A stretch of DNA of 64,000 bases from Candidatus Aenigmatarchaeota archaeon (GTDB taxonomy: Archaea; Aenigmatarchaeota; Aenigmatarchaeia; QMZP01; QMZT01). Shown here in pieces: positions 1-10,149 of the stretch. The DNA lies in NCBI GenBank assembly GCA_041489155.1, contig JBGPQP010000003.1, positions 47,744 to 111,743 on the forward strand, written 5' to 3'. Position 1 is the first letter of the stretch, and the number at the start of each line of letters is the position of its first letter. The notes beneath the pieces are model-generated. The model saw only the letters and a list, made by a program, of their open reading frames with translations. It had not been told where the DNA came from and did not search any database. A program made the position numbers and the translations under genes.

Positions 1-279
1 AAGGACTTTCATGAAGCCTATGAGCAGAATAAGGTCAACGCCTCTCTTGTCGAGTTCGTGCGCAGCAGCCTTGTCGAACAGCACCTGCTTGCCTCCCTCG
101 TACTCGAGGAATATCGCGTCAATGCCGTGCGATCTCGCCCTTTCAAGAATCGGCGCGTCCTCCTTGTTCGAGACGACGCAGACAATCTGCGCGTCCAACT
201 GCCTCTTTTCGATCGCGTCTATAATCGCCTGCATGTCCGTTCCTTTTGTCGAACCCAGTACGCCAAGTTTTATCGTCAT
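1..279 (-). CDS. purN: Phosphoribosylglycinamide formyltransferase (5' part; runs off the window start)
   Basis: Not in the ORF track. My translation is MTIKLGVLGSTKGTDMQAIIDA...VVSNKEDA...VDLILLIGFMKVL, a typical PurN N-terminus. GGTGG SD upstream; lies downstream of purD/folD. Confidence 0.9.
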   Translation of the reverse strand, partial: MTIKLGVLGSTKGTDMQAIIDAIEKRQLDAQIVCVVSNKEDAPILERARSHGIDAIFLEYEGGKQVLFDKAAAHELDKRGVDLILLIGFMKVL

Positions 280-368
280 CACACACCACCCACCTACCAA
301 ATTAGTATGATATATAATCCAAATTGTTTTTGTCTTTTAAAAATTAAATTCTATAAAATCCTGAGAAA

Positions 369-593
369 TTATAACTGTACCTTTAGCCCAGCTTGTCTAT
401 TGTTCATCTTTTCAATGATAGCTTTAATAGCAGGTTCATATGAGCCCGAGATAGTGAGTGTGGCTTCTCGTTCGTCAATCCCCATGTATGGCGGACAACA
501 ATTCCTTCTTAAGTAATTTGACTTGATCATATCTCTTGCGACGTATAATTGGCCTATGTACCTTTTTGAGTTGACAGCGAGCTTAAAACTCAT
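369..593 (-). CDS. Small AT-rich hypothetical protein
   Basis: 74-aa ORF filling the AT-rich gap between folD and purN; no recognised motif. Confidence 0.45.
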   Translation of the reverse strand: MSFKLAVNSKRYIGQLYVARDMIKSNYLRRNCCPPYMGIDEREATLTISGSYEPAIKAIIEKMNNRQAGLKVQL

Positions 594-635
594 CTTAACT
601 TAAAGGTAGTTAAATTATTTAAATATTGCGTACAG

Positions 636-1487
636 CTATTTCTGGAGCATTCTCTCCGCAGAAATGACGGTGTTCTCGAGGACCATCGCGACCGTGAGAG
701 GGCCGACGCCGCCGGGTACGGGCGTGATGTAAGAGGCGACGTTCCTAACGCGGTCGAAATCTACGTCGCCGAGTATCCTGCTGCCCATGCGGTTCGTCCC
801 CACGTCGATGACTACCGCGTCCTTCTTGACCATATCAGCCGTGACGAAATTCGCCTTACCCACCGCAGCGAAAAGAATGTCCGCATTTTTCGTGTGGCTT
901 TTCAAATCGCTTGTCTTCGAGTGGCACATCGTCGCTGTGGCGTTCCTTTTTATGAGCATGAACAGCAACGGCTTGCCCACGATGTTGCTCCTGCCGATGA
1001 CGACGGCGTTCTTTCCCTCGATGGGAATGCGTTCATGTTCGAGCATCTTCATTATACCCTTCGGCGTGCAAGGCTCGAATGTTTCGTCGCCTGCCATGAG
1101 CCTGCCGAGGCTGCAGGTGGTCAGGCCGTCAACATCTTTCGTGATTGTTATGGTATCGAGGATTTTCTGCTCGTCCATCTGCGAGGGCAGCGGAAGCTGC
1201 ACGAGTATGCCGTGGACATACCTGTCTGCGTTGAGTTTTTCTATGAGCCTTATCACGTCCTCCTGCTTCGCATTTCTGCCGAACATGTGGAGTTCGGCTT
1301 TCATCCCGGTCTCTTCCGAAGCCTTCATTTTTGCCTTTACGTAAATTTCCGAAGCGGCGTTGTCGCCGACAAGAAGTATGTCAAGTTTCGGCGTTATGCC
1401 TTTCTTTTTCAGAGTATTGATGCGGCTCCTGAGTTGGCCGAGAATTTCAGCTGAAATCTTCCTGCCATCAAGAATTTTCGCTGCCAT
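636..1487 (-). CDS. folD: Methylenetetrahydrofolate dehydrogenase/cyclohydrolase
   Basis: GILVQLPLP, KDVDG, PCTPKG, GRSNIVGKP and TPVPGGVGP motifs. Confidence 0.97.
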   Translation of the reverse strand: MAAKILDGRKISAEILGQLRSRINTLKKKGITPKLDILLVGDNAASEIYVKAKMKASEETGMKAELHMFGRNAKQEDVIRLIEKLNADRYVHGILVQLPLPSQMDEQKILDTITITKDVDGLTTCSLGRLMAGDETFEPCTPKGIMKMLEHERIPIEGKNAVVIGRSNIVGKPLLFMLIKRNATATMCHSKTSDLKSHTKNADILFAAVGKANFVTADMVKKDAVVIDVGTNRMGSRILGDVDFDRVRNVASYITPVPGGVGPLTVAMVLENTVISAERMLQK

Positions 1488-2794
1488 TATTTCGACCTTA
1501 TCGCTTCCATGTGCCTTATGCGTTTCTCGATGAGCGCTCTGGTGCCTATGTCGGGCCTGTGGAACACGTTCCCCTTCACGGACCTTATTGCTTCTTCTGC
1601 AATCCTCTCAGCCTGCCAGAAATCGCTGGAAATGCCGACGAAAGCGATTGCCCTCGAGCCGCTCATGTAAAGCCCGTCAGGTTTCTGGTCAACTGACGCG
1701 AAGTACATCCTGGCGGCAGTCGAAGACGGGACTTCTACCTTCTCCCCCCTGACGGGGTTGTCCGGATAGCCTTTCGGTACCACGTATTTGCAGACAGTCG
1801 CTTTTTTATCGAACATCGCTCCGGTTTTCGAAAGGTTGTTTATGACGCCGTAACACAGGTCTATGAAGTCGCTTGTGAGTATCGGAAGCACGTTCATCGT
1901 TTCCGGGTCGCCGAGCCTCGCGTTGTATTCGAGAAGCTTGATGCCGTCTTTCGTTACCATGAAGCCTCCGTACATGACCCCCCTGTAAAGCGTTCCGGTC
2001 TCTTTCAGTATCGCTTTCGCCACCAGTTCGGTTATCCTGTGGGCCTCTTCTATCTCGCTTTTAGTGATGAAAGGTAGCAGATGGTCGGAGCAGGAATACG
2101 AGCCCATGCCGCCGGTGTTCGGTCCCTCGTCGTTGACGTACGCGCGCTTGTGATCTTGGGCAGGCGGGCTGTCGAGCACGAAGCGTCCGTCCGTGAAGCT
2201 CTGCAGAGAGAACTCCTCGCCCTCCAGCTTCTCTTCCACTATCACCGAGGCATGCTGTTTCAAAACCTCTTCCGCATACCTCAGGGCGTCATTAACGTCC
2301 TTCAGGTGTTCGCCGTGCACCATCACTCCCTTGCCACCCGTGAGGCCGTCGGGTTTCACGACGAATGAATCGAGCGACTGCAAAAACTCTTTAATGCCAT
2401 CCATGCTGGTGAAGGCCCTGAACTCCGGCAGGCCCGGAACCCTGTGCTTTTCCATGAGCAAACGAGCGAAAGATTTCGAGGTCTCGAGTCTCGCCAAGTC
2501 CTTCGTCGGGCCGACCGAAGGGATGCCGATCTTCGCCAGCGCGTCCACCACGCCGTAGTCAAGCGGCGCCTCAGGGCCGACGACGCAGAAATCCGCGGCA
2601 ACATGCCTTGCGAAACTGGTTATCCTTTCAAGGTCCTTGTAATCGCCCTGCTCGCATTTCTGCGACAGCGAGCGGATCCCCGGGTTGTTTGATTTCATGT
2701 AGGAAAAAAGCTCGTGATGCTGCGGAGAATTGCGTATCGCCTCGGCGATCGAGTGTTCCCGGGCGCCGTTGCCGACGAGCAGCACTTTAATCAT
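1487..2794 (-). CDS. purD: Phosphoribosylamine-glycine ligase
   Basis: VGNGAREH, VGPEAPL, LETSKSF, GKGV, GPNTGGMG and EYNARLGDPE motifs. Confidence 0.97.
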   Translation of the reverse strand: MIKVLLVGNGAREHSIAEAIRNSPQHHELFSYMKSNNPGIRSLSQKCEQGDYKDLERITSFARHVAADFCVVGPEAPLDYGVVDALAKIGIPSVGPTKDLARLETSKSFARLLMEKHRVPGLPEFRAFTSMDGIKEFLQSLDSFVVKPDGLTGGKGVMVHGEHLKDVNDALRYAEEVLKQHASVIVEEKLEGEEFSLQSFTDGRFVLDSPPAQDHKRAYVNDEGPNTGGMGSYSCSDHLLPFITKSEIEEAHRITELVAKAILKETGTLYRGVMYGGFMVTKDGIKLLEYNARLGDPETMNVLPILTSDFIDLCYGVINNLSKTGAMFDKKATVCKYVVPKGYPDNPVRGEKVEVPSSTAARMYFASVDQKPDGLYMSGSRAIAFVGISSDFWQAERIAEEAIRSVKGNVFHRPDIGTRALIEKRIRHMEAIRSK

Positions 2795-2846
2795 ACCAAG
2801 ATATTCGATTACTGGTTTTTAAAAATAATGCAGACAGATTGTTAGT

Positions 2847-3500
2847 ATGGAACGCGACAGAGGCAACATCGAGCCGAAGAAAATCCAGGAGTTCGCCGAC
2901 CTACGCGGCAAGGAAGTCCTTGAGATCGGCTGCGGAGACGGGCGCATTTCGCGGTTTCTCGCGAAGGCCGCGAAAAGGCTGACCGCGATAGACCCTGATG
3001 CAAAGGCGATAGAGAAAGCGAAACTCAAAACCGCTGACGCGGATTTCAGGGTCGGCTCAGGTGAGAGCTTGGAATTCGGGAACGAGGCTTTCGATATCGT
3101 CGTCTTCACCCTCTCTCTCCATCACCAGGACGCAGCTAAGGCGGTGGCAGAAGCGCGCAGGGTTTTGAGGAAAAACGGCCAGTTGCTAATCATCGAGCCT
3201 GCACATGACGGCGAGGTTCAGAAACTTTTCAATCTGCTGCGGAGTGAGAGGCACGATCTTAAAAACGCGCTCGAAACGATAAGAAAAAGCGCCTTCTTTC
3301 CCGAAAGGGAAGAGACGTTTTTCACCACGTGGTCCTTCGCTGACAGGGAGGAATTGTACCAGCGCTATTTCGAGCATTACGGCGCGCCGAGGGATGAAAG
3401 GATAATCTACGAGATAAACAGCTTCCTCGGCGCGAAGATAAACGAGAAGCCCATCATCCTCAGCGACAAGCTGCTGATTTTTTCCCTGCGGAAGAAATGA
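2847..3500 (+). CDS. Class I SAM-dependent methyltransferase
   Basis: VLEIGCGDG motif I, FDIVV, LHH, RVLRKNG. Confidence 0.9.
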   Translation: MERDRGNIEPKKIQEFADLRGKEVLEIGCGDGRISRFLAKAAKRLTAIDPDAKAIEKAKLKTADADFRVGSGESLEFGNEAFDIVVFTLSLHHQDAAKAVAEARRVLRKNGQLLIIEPAHDGEVQKLFNLLRSERHDLKNALETIRKSAFFPEREETFFTTWSFADREELYQRYFEHYGAPRDERIIYEINSFLGAKINEKPIILSDKLLIFSLRKK

Positions 3501-3542
3501 ATCGGTTTTCATTTTATATGCTCATTTTCATAATTTTTCTTT

Positions 3543-4517
3543 ATGATATGCCTAGGCATAGAATCCACCGCGCACACCTTCGGCATCGGCATCTGCGACG
3601 GTAAAGGCAAAGTTCTCGCTAACGAACGCTCGGTTTACAAGCCGAAGGCTGGCTGGGGCATCATCCCGATGGATGCGGCGAAGCATCACGAGGAAGCTAA
3701 ACAGCCAGTGCTTCGTGCGGCGCTGGAAAAGGCGAATTTGAGAGCGGAAGACATCGACGTAATCGCATATTCGCGCGGGCCCGGACTGCCACCGTGTTTG
3801 TACAGAGGTCTGGAACTTGCAAAAGAGCTTTCACAAAAACACAAGCTTCCGGTTGTGGATGTCAACCACTGCATCGCGCATGTAGAAATCGGAAGACTCA
3901 CTTCGAAGTTCAAAGACCCGGTCGTCGTTTACGTTTCCGGTGGCAACACGCAGATTATCTCCTTCGCTTCCGGCCGCTACCGCGTGTTCGGCGAATGCAT
4001 GGACATGGGAATCGGAAACGCTCTCGACAAGTTCGGCCGCGCGGTCGGCCTCGACTTCCCGCAGGCGCCGAAAATCGAGCAGCTGGCGAAGGGAGGCAAA
4101 TGGACCGAGCTGCCATACGTCGTCAAGGGAATGGATCTTTCCTTCTCGGGCATCGTGACAGAATGCATCAAAAAACATCATAAAGGCGAGAAGCTTGAAG
4201 ATATCTGCTATTCGATTCAGGAGGTCTTCTTTTCAATGTTGACAGAAGTCACGGAACGTGCGCTTGCGCATCTCGGCAAGGACCAGGTCCTGCTCACAGG
4301 CGGCGTCGCAGCGAACATGCGCCTGCAGGAAATGCTGAACAAAATGTGCGAAGAGCGAGAAGCGAAGTTCAAAGTGGTGCCGCGCGAATATTCGGGCGAC
4401 AACGGCGCGATGATTGCATGGAATGGCATTCTTGCCAGCAAGTCTGGGCAGAAAAAAGAAGCGAAGGACATCGACCCGAGATGGCGCACGGACGACGTTG
4501 AAATACCCTGGCTCTAA
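3543..4517 (+). CDS. kae1: KEOPS tRNA N6-threonylcarbamoyltransferase Kae1
   Basis: LGIESTAHT, GPGL, VNHCIAHVE, YVSGGNTQ, GGVAAN and DNGAMIA motifs. Confidence 0.97.
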   Translation: MICLGIESTAHTFGIGICDGKGKVLANERSVYKPKAGWGIIPMDAAKHHEEAKQPVLRAALEKANLRAEDIDVIAYSRGPGLPPCLYRGLELAKELSQKHKLPVVDVNHCIAHVEIGRLTSKFKDPVVVYVSGGNTQIISFASGRYRVFGECMDMGIGNALDKFGRAVGLDFPQAPKIEQLAKGGKWTELPYVVKGMDLSFSGIVTECIKKHHKGEKLEDICYSIQEVFFSMLTEVTERALAHLGKDQVLLTGGVAANMRLQEMLNKMCEEREAKFKVVPREYSGDNGAMIAWNGILASKSGQKKEAKDIDPRWRTDDVEIPWL

Positions 4518-4524
4518 ACTCCCT

Positions 4525-5937
4525 TCATTTTGCCTTGCGGTTGTTTATGTAGAAAGCGATGTTTCTCTCGTCACGATCAGCGCTGCAGGAGATGAACTTT
4601 TTCTTTACTGGGTATATGCCGTTGAAGCATGCCTTGCATGTGTCGGAGTGTCCTATTGCCTCGTCGAGCTCCTCTATAGTAGGATAGCAAACGCGGTCGG
4701 CATTAAGCTTCTTGGCCACCTTTTCTCCTATCTCTTCCACGGAACCGGTCAGCCCCTGGGCGGCGAACGTTTTGCCGCTTGGATCTTTCACGCACGGGTG
4801 GGAGAGAGGCGGGCAGGATATGACGGTGACGATTTCTTTCGCTCCCGCGTTCCTGAGCTTGTAAATCATGCCGTCCCTCAGGACGGTTCCCCTCACGATC
4901 GAATCATCACCGATAGCGACCTTTTTCCCCTTTATGAATTCCTTGTTCACGAAGAACTTGACGCGTGCGGCCATTTTCCTTTCCTCCGGGTTCTCGACTT
5001 GGAAAGTCCTTTTGGCCCCCGGGTTCTTTATGAAAATTTCTTCGAAAGGTATGAATGCTTTCTTGATGTCGCAAAGACCCTGATGATATCCGATTGCAAC
5101 GCCTCTCCCTGAATCCGGCGAAGCCAAGACTAAGTCGACGTCGAGAGGGTACCTTCTGGCGAGTTTTTTGCCGAGGTCTTTCCTCACGGCGTAGACATTC
5201 CTTCCCTCGATAACCGAGGTCGGGTCGGCAAAATACACCCATTCGAACGCGCAGTGCGCATGCACGTCTTTCTTGAGAACGCGCGTCTCCATGCCGTCTT
5301 TGGATATGACTATTATTTCCCCTGGTTCCACGTCCTTTATCAGTTCCGCTTCCAGCAAGTCCAGCGCCTTGGTTTCGGAGGCTATCACGTATGTCTTGCC
5401 CTTTTTGCCTAGGCACAGCGGCTTAATCCCTTTCGGGTCCCTGAAGGCTATCAGGTAAAACTTCCCGCCTTTTCTGGCGGCTATGACCACGTTGTAAGGG
5501 CCCCTGCCCTCGAGCTTTTCCATCACTTTCTCGGCAGCCGAGTAGAAATTTCCCGTTTCCTTGAGATAATCCAGGAACAATGTCCTCATCACGCTGTCAT
5601 GCTTTTTCTCGCCGAAGCCCAGCAGCACGCCGTCCATTGCCAGGGAGATGTCGACGTTCTGGTCGCCCCACTGCTCTGTGGGCTGCAGGTCCCCGCTCCT
5701 TTCATAAAGCGTGTGGCCTATGCCGATGAACGGGCTCATTTTCTCCAGTTGCGCGAGCTTGTCCTTGAGGAAGTAATAAACAAGGCCCTCTCCAGTGAGC
5801 GTGCGGAAGTACTTGCTGTCGTTGACGCTCACACCGCAGCCCTCTTCTCCTCTGTGCTGCAGGGCTGTGAGGCCGTAAAACAAGTCGCTCATTATGTTCT
5901 TGCCGTCGACAGAAAAGATCCCGATTATTCCCGACAT
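4525..5937 (-). CDS. purF: Amidophosphoribosyltransferase homologue with a degenerate glutaminase site
   Basis: LQHRGEEG, RDPKGIKPL, ASET, CAFEWVYFA and the PRPP motif DDSIVRGT. The N-terminus is MSG rather than MCG. Confidence 0.9.
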   Translation of the reverse strand: MSGIIGIFSVDGKNIMSDLFYGLTALQHRGEEGCGVSVNDSKYFRTLTGEGLVYYFLKDKLAQLEKMSPFIGIGHTLYERSGDLQPTEQWGDQNVDISLAMDGVLLGFGEKKHDSVMRTLFLDYLKETGNFYSAAEKVMEKLEGRGPYNVVIAARKGGKFYLIAFRDPKGIKPLCLGKKGKTYVIASETKALDLLEAELIKDVEPGEIIVISKDGMETRVLKKDVHAHCAFEWVYFADPTSVIEGRNVYAVRKDLGKKLARRYPLDVDLVLASPDSGRGVAIGYHQGLCDIKKAFIPFEEIFIKNPGAKRTFQVENPEERKMAARVKFFVNKEFIKGKKVAIGDDSIVRGTVLRDGMIYKLRNAGAKEIVTVISCPPLSHPCVKDPSGKTFAAQGLTGSVEEIGEKVAKKLNADRVCYPTIEELDEAIGHSDTCKACFNGIYPVKKKFISCSADRDERNIAFYINNRKAK

Positions 5938-6024
5938 TTTATTATCTTGACAGCGATATTTTTAAATCTGTGTGTCGGCGCATAGACGGAATTGAGGCTT
6001 TGAGACTAGTCGGATAAAAAAGAT

Positions 6025-6207
6025 TTAACAGGGAGTTGGTGCTTCTTTAATTTCTTGCGCTATCTTGCTGAGACCCTTTCTGGCGACGTGTGGATAGATA
6101 ATACCGGTTTCAACGTAAGGCTGCCTTGCAAGCACGGCATCAGCCTCCATTTGAACAAAAAATTTTCTGAGGCCAAATTTACTGTCTATTTCTTCCGGGG
6201 TCATCAT
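6025..6207 (-). CDS. Small hypothetical protein
   Basis: 60-aa ORF with a GGTGG SD-like element, in an AT-rich gap. Confidence 0.4.
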   Translation of the reverse strand: MMTPEEIDSKFGLRKFFVQMEADAVLARQPYVETGIIYPHVARKGLSKIAQEIKEAPTPC

Positions 6208-6321
6208 ACCACCTGATAGATTCTTGAAATCTAATATTTAAATACTTGATTAATGTAATTTCTTTTTAGTGATTACAAAATAAAACAGTTCGCTTTTATT
6301 TTCCTCTGTCATTTTATATCC

Positions 6322-7605
6322 ATGAGAGTCGCGATTTTGTCGGATTTCCACTTCGGTTTCGGGGATGGCAGCGAACGGGCGAATGACCCGTACGACGCCT
6401 TCAAGGAAGCGATAGAGAAAGCGATGGGCTGCGACCTGATAATCTTCGCGGGCGACATCTTCGATAACCGCAGCCCCGACGCAGAGACCCTGACCAGGGC
6501 GATGGAGCTGATGATACCTCCGCTGCTCACGCAGACGGGCGTTAAGCTGATGCAGGGCATAGGCAAGGATGTTTCGAAGGTTTCTGAAATGGCGCTCATG
6601 GGCATCCCCATCGTCGCGATCCACGGGACGCATGAAAGGCGAACGAAAGGCCTGCTCAATCCGGTCGAAGCGCTGGAGAAGGCGGGCTTCCTGATATATT
6701 TGCACTGCAACGGCGTCGTTTTCGATAAGGACGGCACGCGCGTCGCGATACAGGGCATGTCAGGCGTGCCAGACCAGTACGCGGAAAGCGTATTGTCAAA
6801 CTGGAATCCCGCGCCGGAGCACGGCTGCTTCAACATCCTCATCCTTCACCAGTCGATAACAGAGTTTCTCTACGCACCGCACACACTCGACCTGAACAAG
6901 CTCCCGAAAGGCTTCGATGTCTATGTCGACGGCCATATCCACGAGGCGAAGGAAAGCGAATACGCAGGAGGGACGTTCCTGCTTTCCGGTTCGCTTGTCC
7001 CGACGCAGATAAGAGAGGAATCGGAGAAGCCGAAGGGCTTCTGGATAATCGAAACCTCGCTGCGCGACGAGATAAAGGATTCGCCCGTCCTCCAGAAAGC
7101 GAGAAAATACCTCAAGAACGGCTACGCAATCTACTGGATCGAGCTTGGGCACCAGAGAAAGGTTTACGTGCGCTCATTCGAAAACCCGGACATCGAAACC
7201 GTAGAGGCCGAGCTGGGCAAAATCGTGAAAGAAAACCCGCAGAGGAAGCCCATCGTAAGAATCGACTTCAAGGGCAGGGTCAGCCCGACGCTCGCGGATG
7301 AGATAGAGATGAAATTCGGCGCAAAGGCGATACTTTCGCTGAAAAGGGAAAAAGAGGAAAAGGCGCTTCCCACCAAGACGCTGGAGGAGCACAAGCTGTC
7401 GGTCGAGGAGCTGGGCAGGAAGATACTGATGGAGAATCTTGCGAAAGCAGGTCTTGAGACCAAGGCTTTCGAATCCCTTTTCGAGCTGCTGTCCGCAGGC
7501 AAAAGCGATGAAGCGATGGCGCTGCTCGAAAAAGCGTCGCTCAAAGAGGAAAAACCGAAAAACGTCAAACAAACTAGGCTTTTTCTGGCAGGCAAGAGGC
7601 AGTAG
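6322..7605 (+). CDS. mre11: Mre11/SbcD-family DNA repair nuclease
   Basis: Metallophosphoesterase motifs SDFH, GDIFD, GTHE, LHQ and GHIH, plus a C-terminal capping region. Confidence 0.8.
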   Translation: MRVAILSDFHFGFGDGSERANDPYDAFKEAIEKAMGCDLIIFAGDIFDNRSPDAETLTRAMELMIPPLLTQTGVKLMQGIGKDVSKVSEMALMGIPIVAIHGTHERRTKGLLNPVEALEKAGFLIYLHCNGVVFDKDGTRVAIQGMSGVPDQYAESVLSNWNPAPEHGCFNILILHQSITEFLYAPHTLDLNKLPKGFDVYVDGHIHEAKESEYAGGTFLLSGSLVPTQIREESEKPKGFWIIETSLRDEIKDSPVLQKARKYLKNGYAIYWIELGHQRKVYVRSFENPDIETVEAELGKIVKENPQRKPIVRIDFKGRVSPTLADEIEMKFGAKAILSLKREKEEKALPTKTLEEHKLSVEELGRKILMENLAKAGLETKAFESLFELLSAGKSDEAMALLEKASLKEEKPKNVKQTRLFLAGKRQ

Positions 7606-7670
7606 AACAAATAAGCAATTTATACTATGCGAACCCAACAATATATATAAAGGCTGTATAGGGTGTCATT

Positions 7671-8240
7671 ATGGTCGAGTTTCACATAAAGGTCGAAAAT
7701 GTAGTCGCCTTTGCTGTTTTAGGCAAGAGAATCGTGCTCAACAAGCTCGTTGAAAAAATGGGCAACACCGAATACGAGCCCGAACAGTTCCCGGGCCTCG
7801 TCTACAGGATAAAGGACCCGAGGGCGGCTGCGCTTATTTTCTCGTCAGGCAAGATAGTCTGCACCGGAGCGAAGAGCATAGCTATGGCAAAGGAAGCCAT
7901 GAGGAAAATCGTGCAGGACATAAAGAAGACAGGCACCGCCATGCCGACGAAGTTCAACATAAACATAGAGAACATAGTCGCGTCGACTAAAATCGACGTC
8001 AAGCCAAGGCTCATGCTCGAGGAAATCGCCATGTCGCTCGAGGAAGTGGAATACGAGCCCGAACAGTTCCCCGGCCTTGTTTACAGGATGAAGAGCCCGC
8101 GAACCGCTTTCCTGCTTTTCGGCTCGGGCAAGATAATCTGCACGGGCGGCCGCAGCCTGGAGGACATAAACACTGCACTGAACAACTTCAAGAAGCGGCT
8201 GGAAGGGATAGGCCTGAAAATCAAGCCGGCGAAAGACTGA
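7671..8240 (+). CDS. tbp: TATA-box binding protein
   Basis: Two repeats of YEPEQFPGLVYR...LIFSSGK/LLFGSGK...CTG. Confidence 0.98.
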   Translation: MVEFHIKVENVVAFAVLGKRIVLNKLVEKMGNTEYEPEQFPGLVYRIKDPRAAALIFSSGKIVCTGAKSIAMAKEAMRKIVQDIKKTGTAMPTKFNINIENIVASTKIDVKPRLMLEEIAMSLEEVEYEPEQFPGLVYRMKSPRTAFLLFGSGKIICTGGRSLEDINTALNNFKKRLEGIGLKIKPAKD

Positions 8241-8290
8241 TTCTCTGGCAACGCAAATAACATTTAAGCAGCCGGGACAAATTCTTTAAC

Positions 8291-9202
8291 ATGGATGCTT
8301 TTGACAAGATAATCCGCGACATAAGGACCGTTAAAATCCAGGGCGCCGAGAATATCGCCATAAGCGCGGTCAAGGCACTCGAGTACCGCGGCTCAAAAAT
8401 AAAGACGCATTCGGCGGCGAAGTTCTTTTACGAAATCGAGGCAGCGAAGCGCCAGCTTTTCGCTTCCAGGCCGACAGAACCGCTTATGAGGAATTCGCTT
8501 TTATACATAATCGATTCCCTGAAATCCGACAGCAACAGCGTTCTCGATCTCAAGAAGTCGCTGCGCAACCTTTCCATCGAGGTTTTGAACCACTTCGAAC
8601 ACGCGAGGCAGAGAATCGCGGAGATAGGGGCGAAGAAAATCGAGAACGGCATGATAGTCTTCACCCACTGCCATTCCTCGACCGTGATGCTGATCCTGAA
8701 GGCGGCGAAGGCGAAAGGCACGCGCTTCGCGGTTTACAACACGGAAGCTCGCCCGCTCTTGCAGGGAAGAATCACCGCGAAAGAGCTCGCCAAGATGAAA
8801 ATCCCCGTCACCCATTTTATCGACTCCGCGGCAAGGATTGCGCTGAAGAAGGCCGACATCTTCCTTATGGGTTTCGACGCTGTGACGACGACGAGGGTCT
8901 ACAACAAGATCGGCTCGGAGCTGTTCGCCATAATCGCAGACAAATACGATGTCCCGATATACGCCTGCGGCGACGCGTGGAAGTTCGACCCGGAGGGCAT
9001 CGCGGGCTGCGAGGAGAAAATCGAGCTCCGCCCTTCCAAGGAAATATGGCCCTCAGCGCCGAAGGGCGTCAAAATCGAAAACCCGTGCTTTGAAAAAATA
9101 AATCCCGAACTCATCACAGCGATAATCTCGGAGCTAGGCGTCTACACCCACGAGAACTTCGTCGAGGAAGTGAAGAAGGCGTATCCGTGGCTTTCTGAAT
9201 AA
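8291..9202 (+). CDS. Ribose-1,5-bisphosphate isomerase (eIF2B-like family)
   Basis: IQGA, SRPTEP, THCHSSTV, EARP, NKIGS and NPCFE motifs. Confidence 0.85.
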   Translation: MDAFDKIIRDIRTVKIQGAENIAISAVKALEYRGSKIKTHSAAKFFYEIEAAKRQLFASRPTEPLMRNSLLYIIDSLKSDSNSVLDLKKSLRNLSIEVLNHFEHARQRIAEIGAKKIENGMIVFTHCHSSTVMLILKAAKAKGTRFAVYNTEARPLLQGRITAKELAKMKIPVTHFIDSAARIALKKADIFLMGFDAVTTTRVYNKIGSELFAIIADKYDVPIYACGDAWKFDPEGIAGCEEKIELRPSKEIWPSAPKGVKIENPCFEKINPELITAIISELGVYTHENFVEEVKKAYPWLSE

Positions 9203-9305
9203 AAATAATGTCGATATATGCTGGTTTTATGGCAACAAAAAGCTTTAAATATCATGAATCCAAGTATTAACTATCAATAAGTAATAAAATATAAATGGTG
9301 AGGAT

Positions 9306-10100
9306 ATGCCTGAGGTTTTTCAATACGGTTCTAATCTGAGCAAGGATCGCTTTACTAGTAGGATGTTGCAGGGTGAATATAGGCCCGTGAGTGATCTTGG
9401 CAGATATGATTTAAATGGGTGCGAAGTCGTATTTGATGTTCCCAGTCAAACCGTACGCGTAGCTGCTGACATGATACCTTCTCAGCCTTCTTCACGTGCT
9501 GTCGGAAGAGTTTGGGGCATAACAAAAAAACAATTTGAAACTCTCAAAGGATTCGAGGGTCCTCGTTATAGAGAGGAAAGAATACAGATACCCGGAGTTG
9601 GCAATGCAATAACGTTTGTTGGCACGGATGATGCCAGAAGAATTTTCAGAGCACAACATTCTGGCGAGTTGCCTACAGGAGAGTATCTTCATCACATCAT
9701 AACCGGACTTAATGATCCTAACGTAAGAGCAGAAATAGAATATATAAGTCAAATTATAGGAAAAGGAAGACCAAATCTCTCTGGAAGTAGAAGAGATGTC
9801 AGGCAAACCTTTGACAACCCTAGAGAATTTATGACATCTTCAATCGGAATCGACAGAAATTTAAGAGACGATTTGGGAGTAGGAGTAGGAGATTTTGTTC
9901 GGGTACATTATGATAGAAATTGGCTTAATCTTCAGGTAAGAAAGGCCCCAATAGAATTAGTCGATTCTACTCTGTCACCCGTAACTCTTTCAAGAAAAGC
10001 TAGAGAATTTCTTGGCATGCGACCCGTTTCGCAAAGGGACGCGGAAAGCTTCAGAACAATATATCCTGGATTATCCATCACCAGATTAGAAAATTTATAG
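9306..10100 (+). CDS. Gamma-glutamylcyclotransferase-like domain fused to a putative double-psi beta-barrel-like C-terminal domain
   Basis: FQYGSNL and L..FEG..Y motifs. The C-terminal IGIDRNLRDDLGVGVGDFVRV...VTLSRKAREFLG resembles CDC48-N/DPBB patterns. AT-rich. Confidence 0.6.
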   Translation: MPEVFQYGSNLSKDRFTSRMLQGEYRPVSDLGRYDLNGCEVVFDVPSQTVRVAADMIPSQPSSRAVGRVWGITKKQFETLKGFEGPRYREERIQIPGVGNAITFVGTDDARRIFRAQHSGELPTGEYLHHIITGLNDPNVRAEIEYISQIIGKGRPNLSGSRRDVRQTFDNPREFMTSSIGIDRNLRDDLGVGVGDFVRVHYDRNWLNLQVRKAPIELVDSTLSPVTLSRKAREFLGMRPVSQRDAESFRTIYPGLSITRLENL

Positions 10101-10149
10101 AACTGGTCTCTCAACCAAACTTTTTATGACCTCGTTCAATTCAATAACT

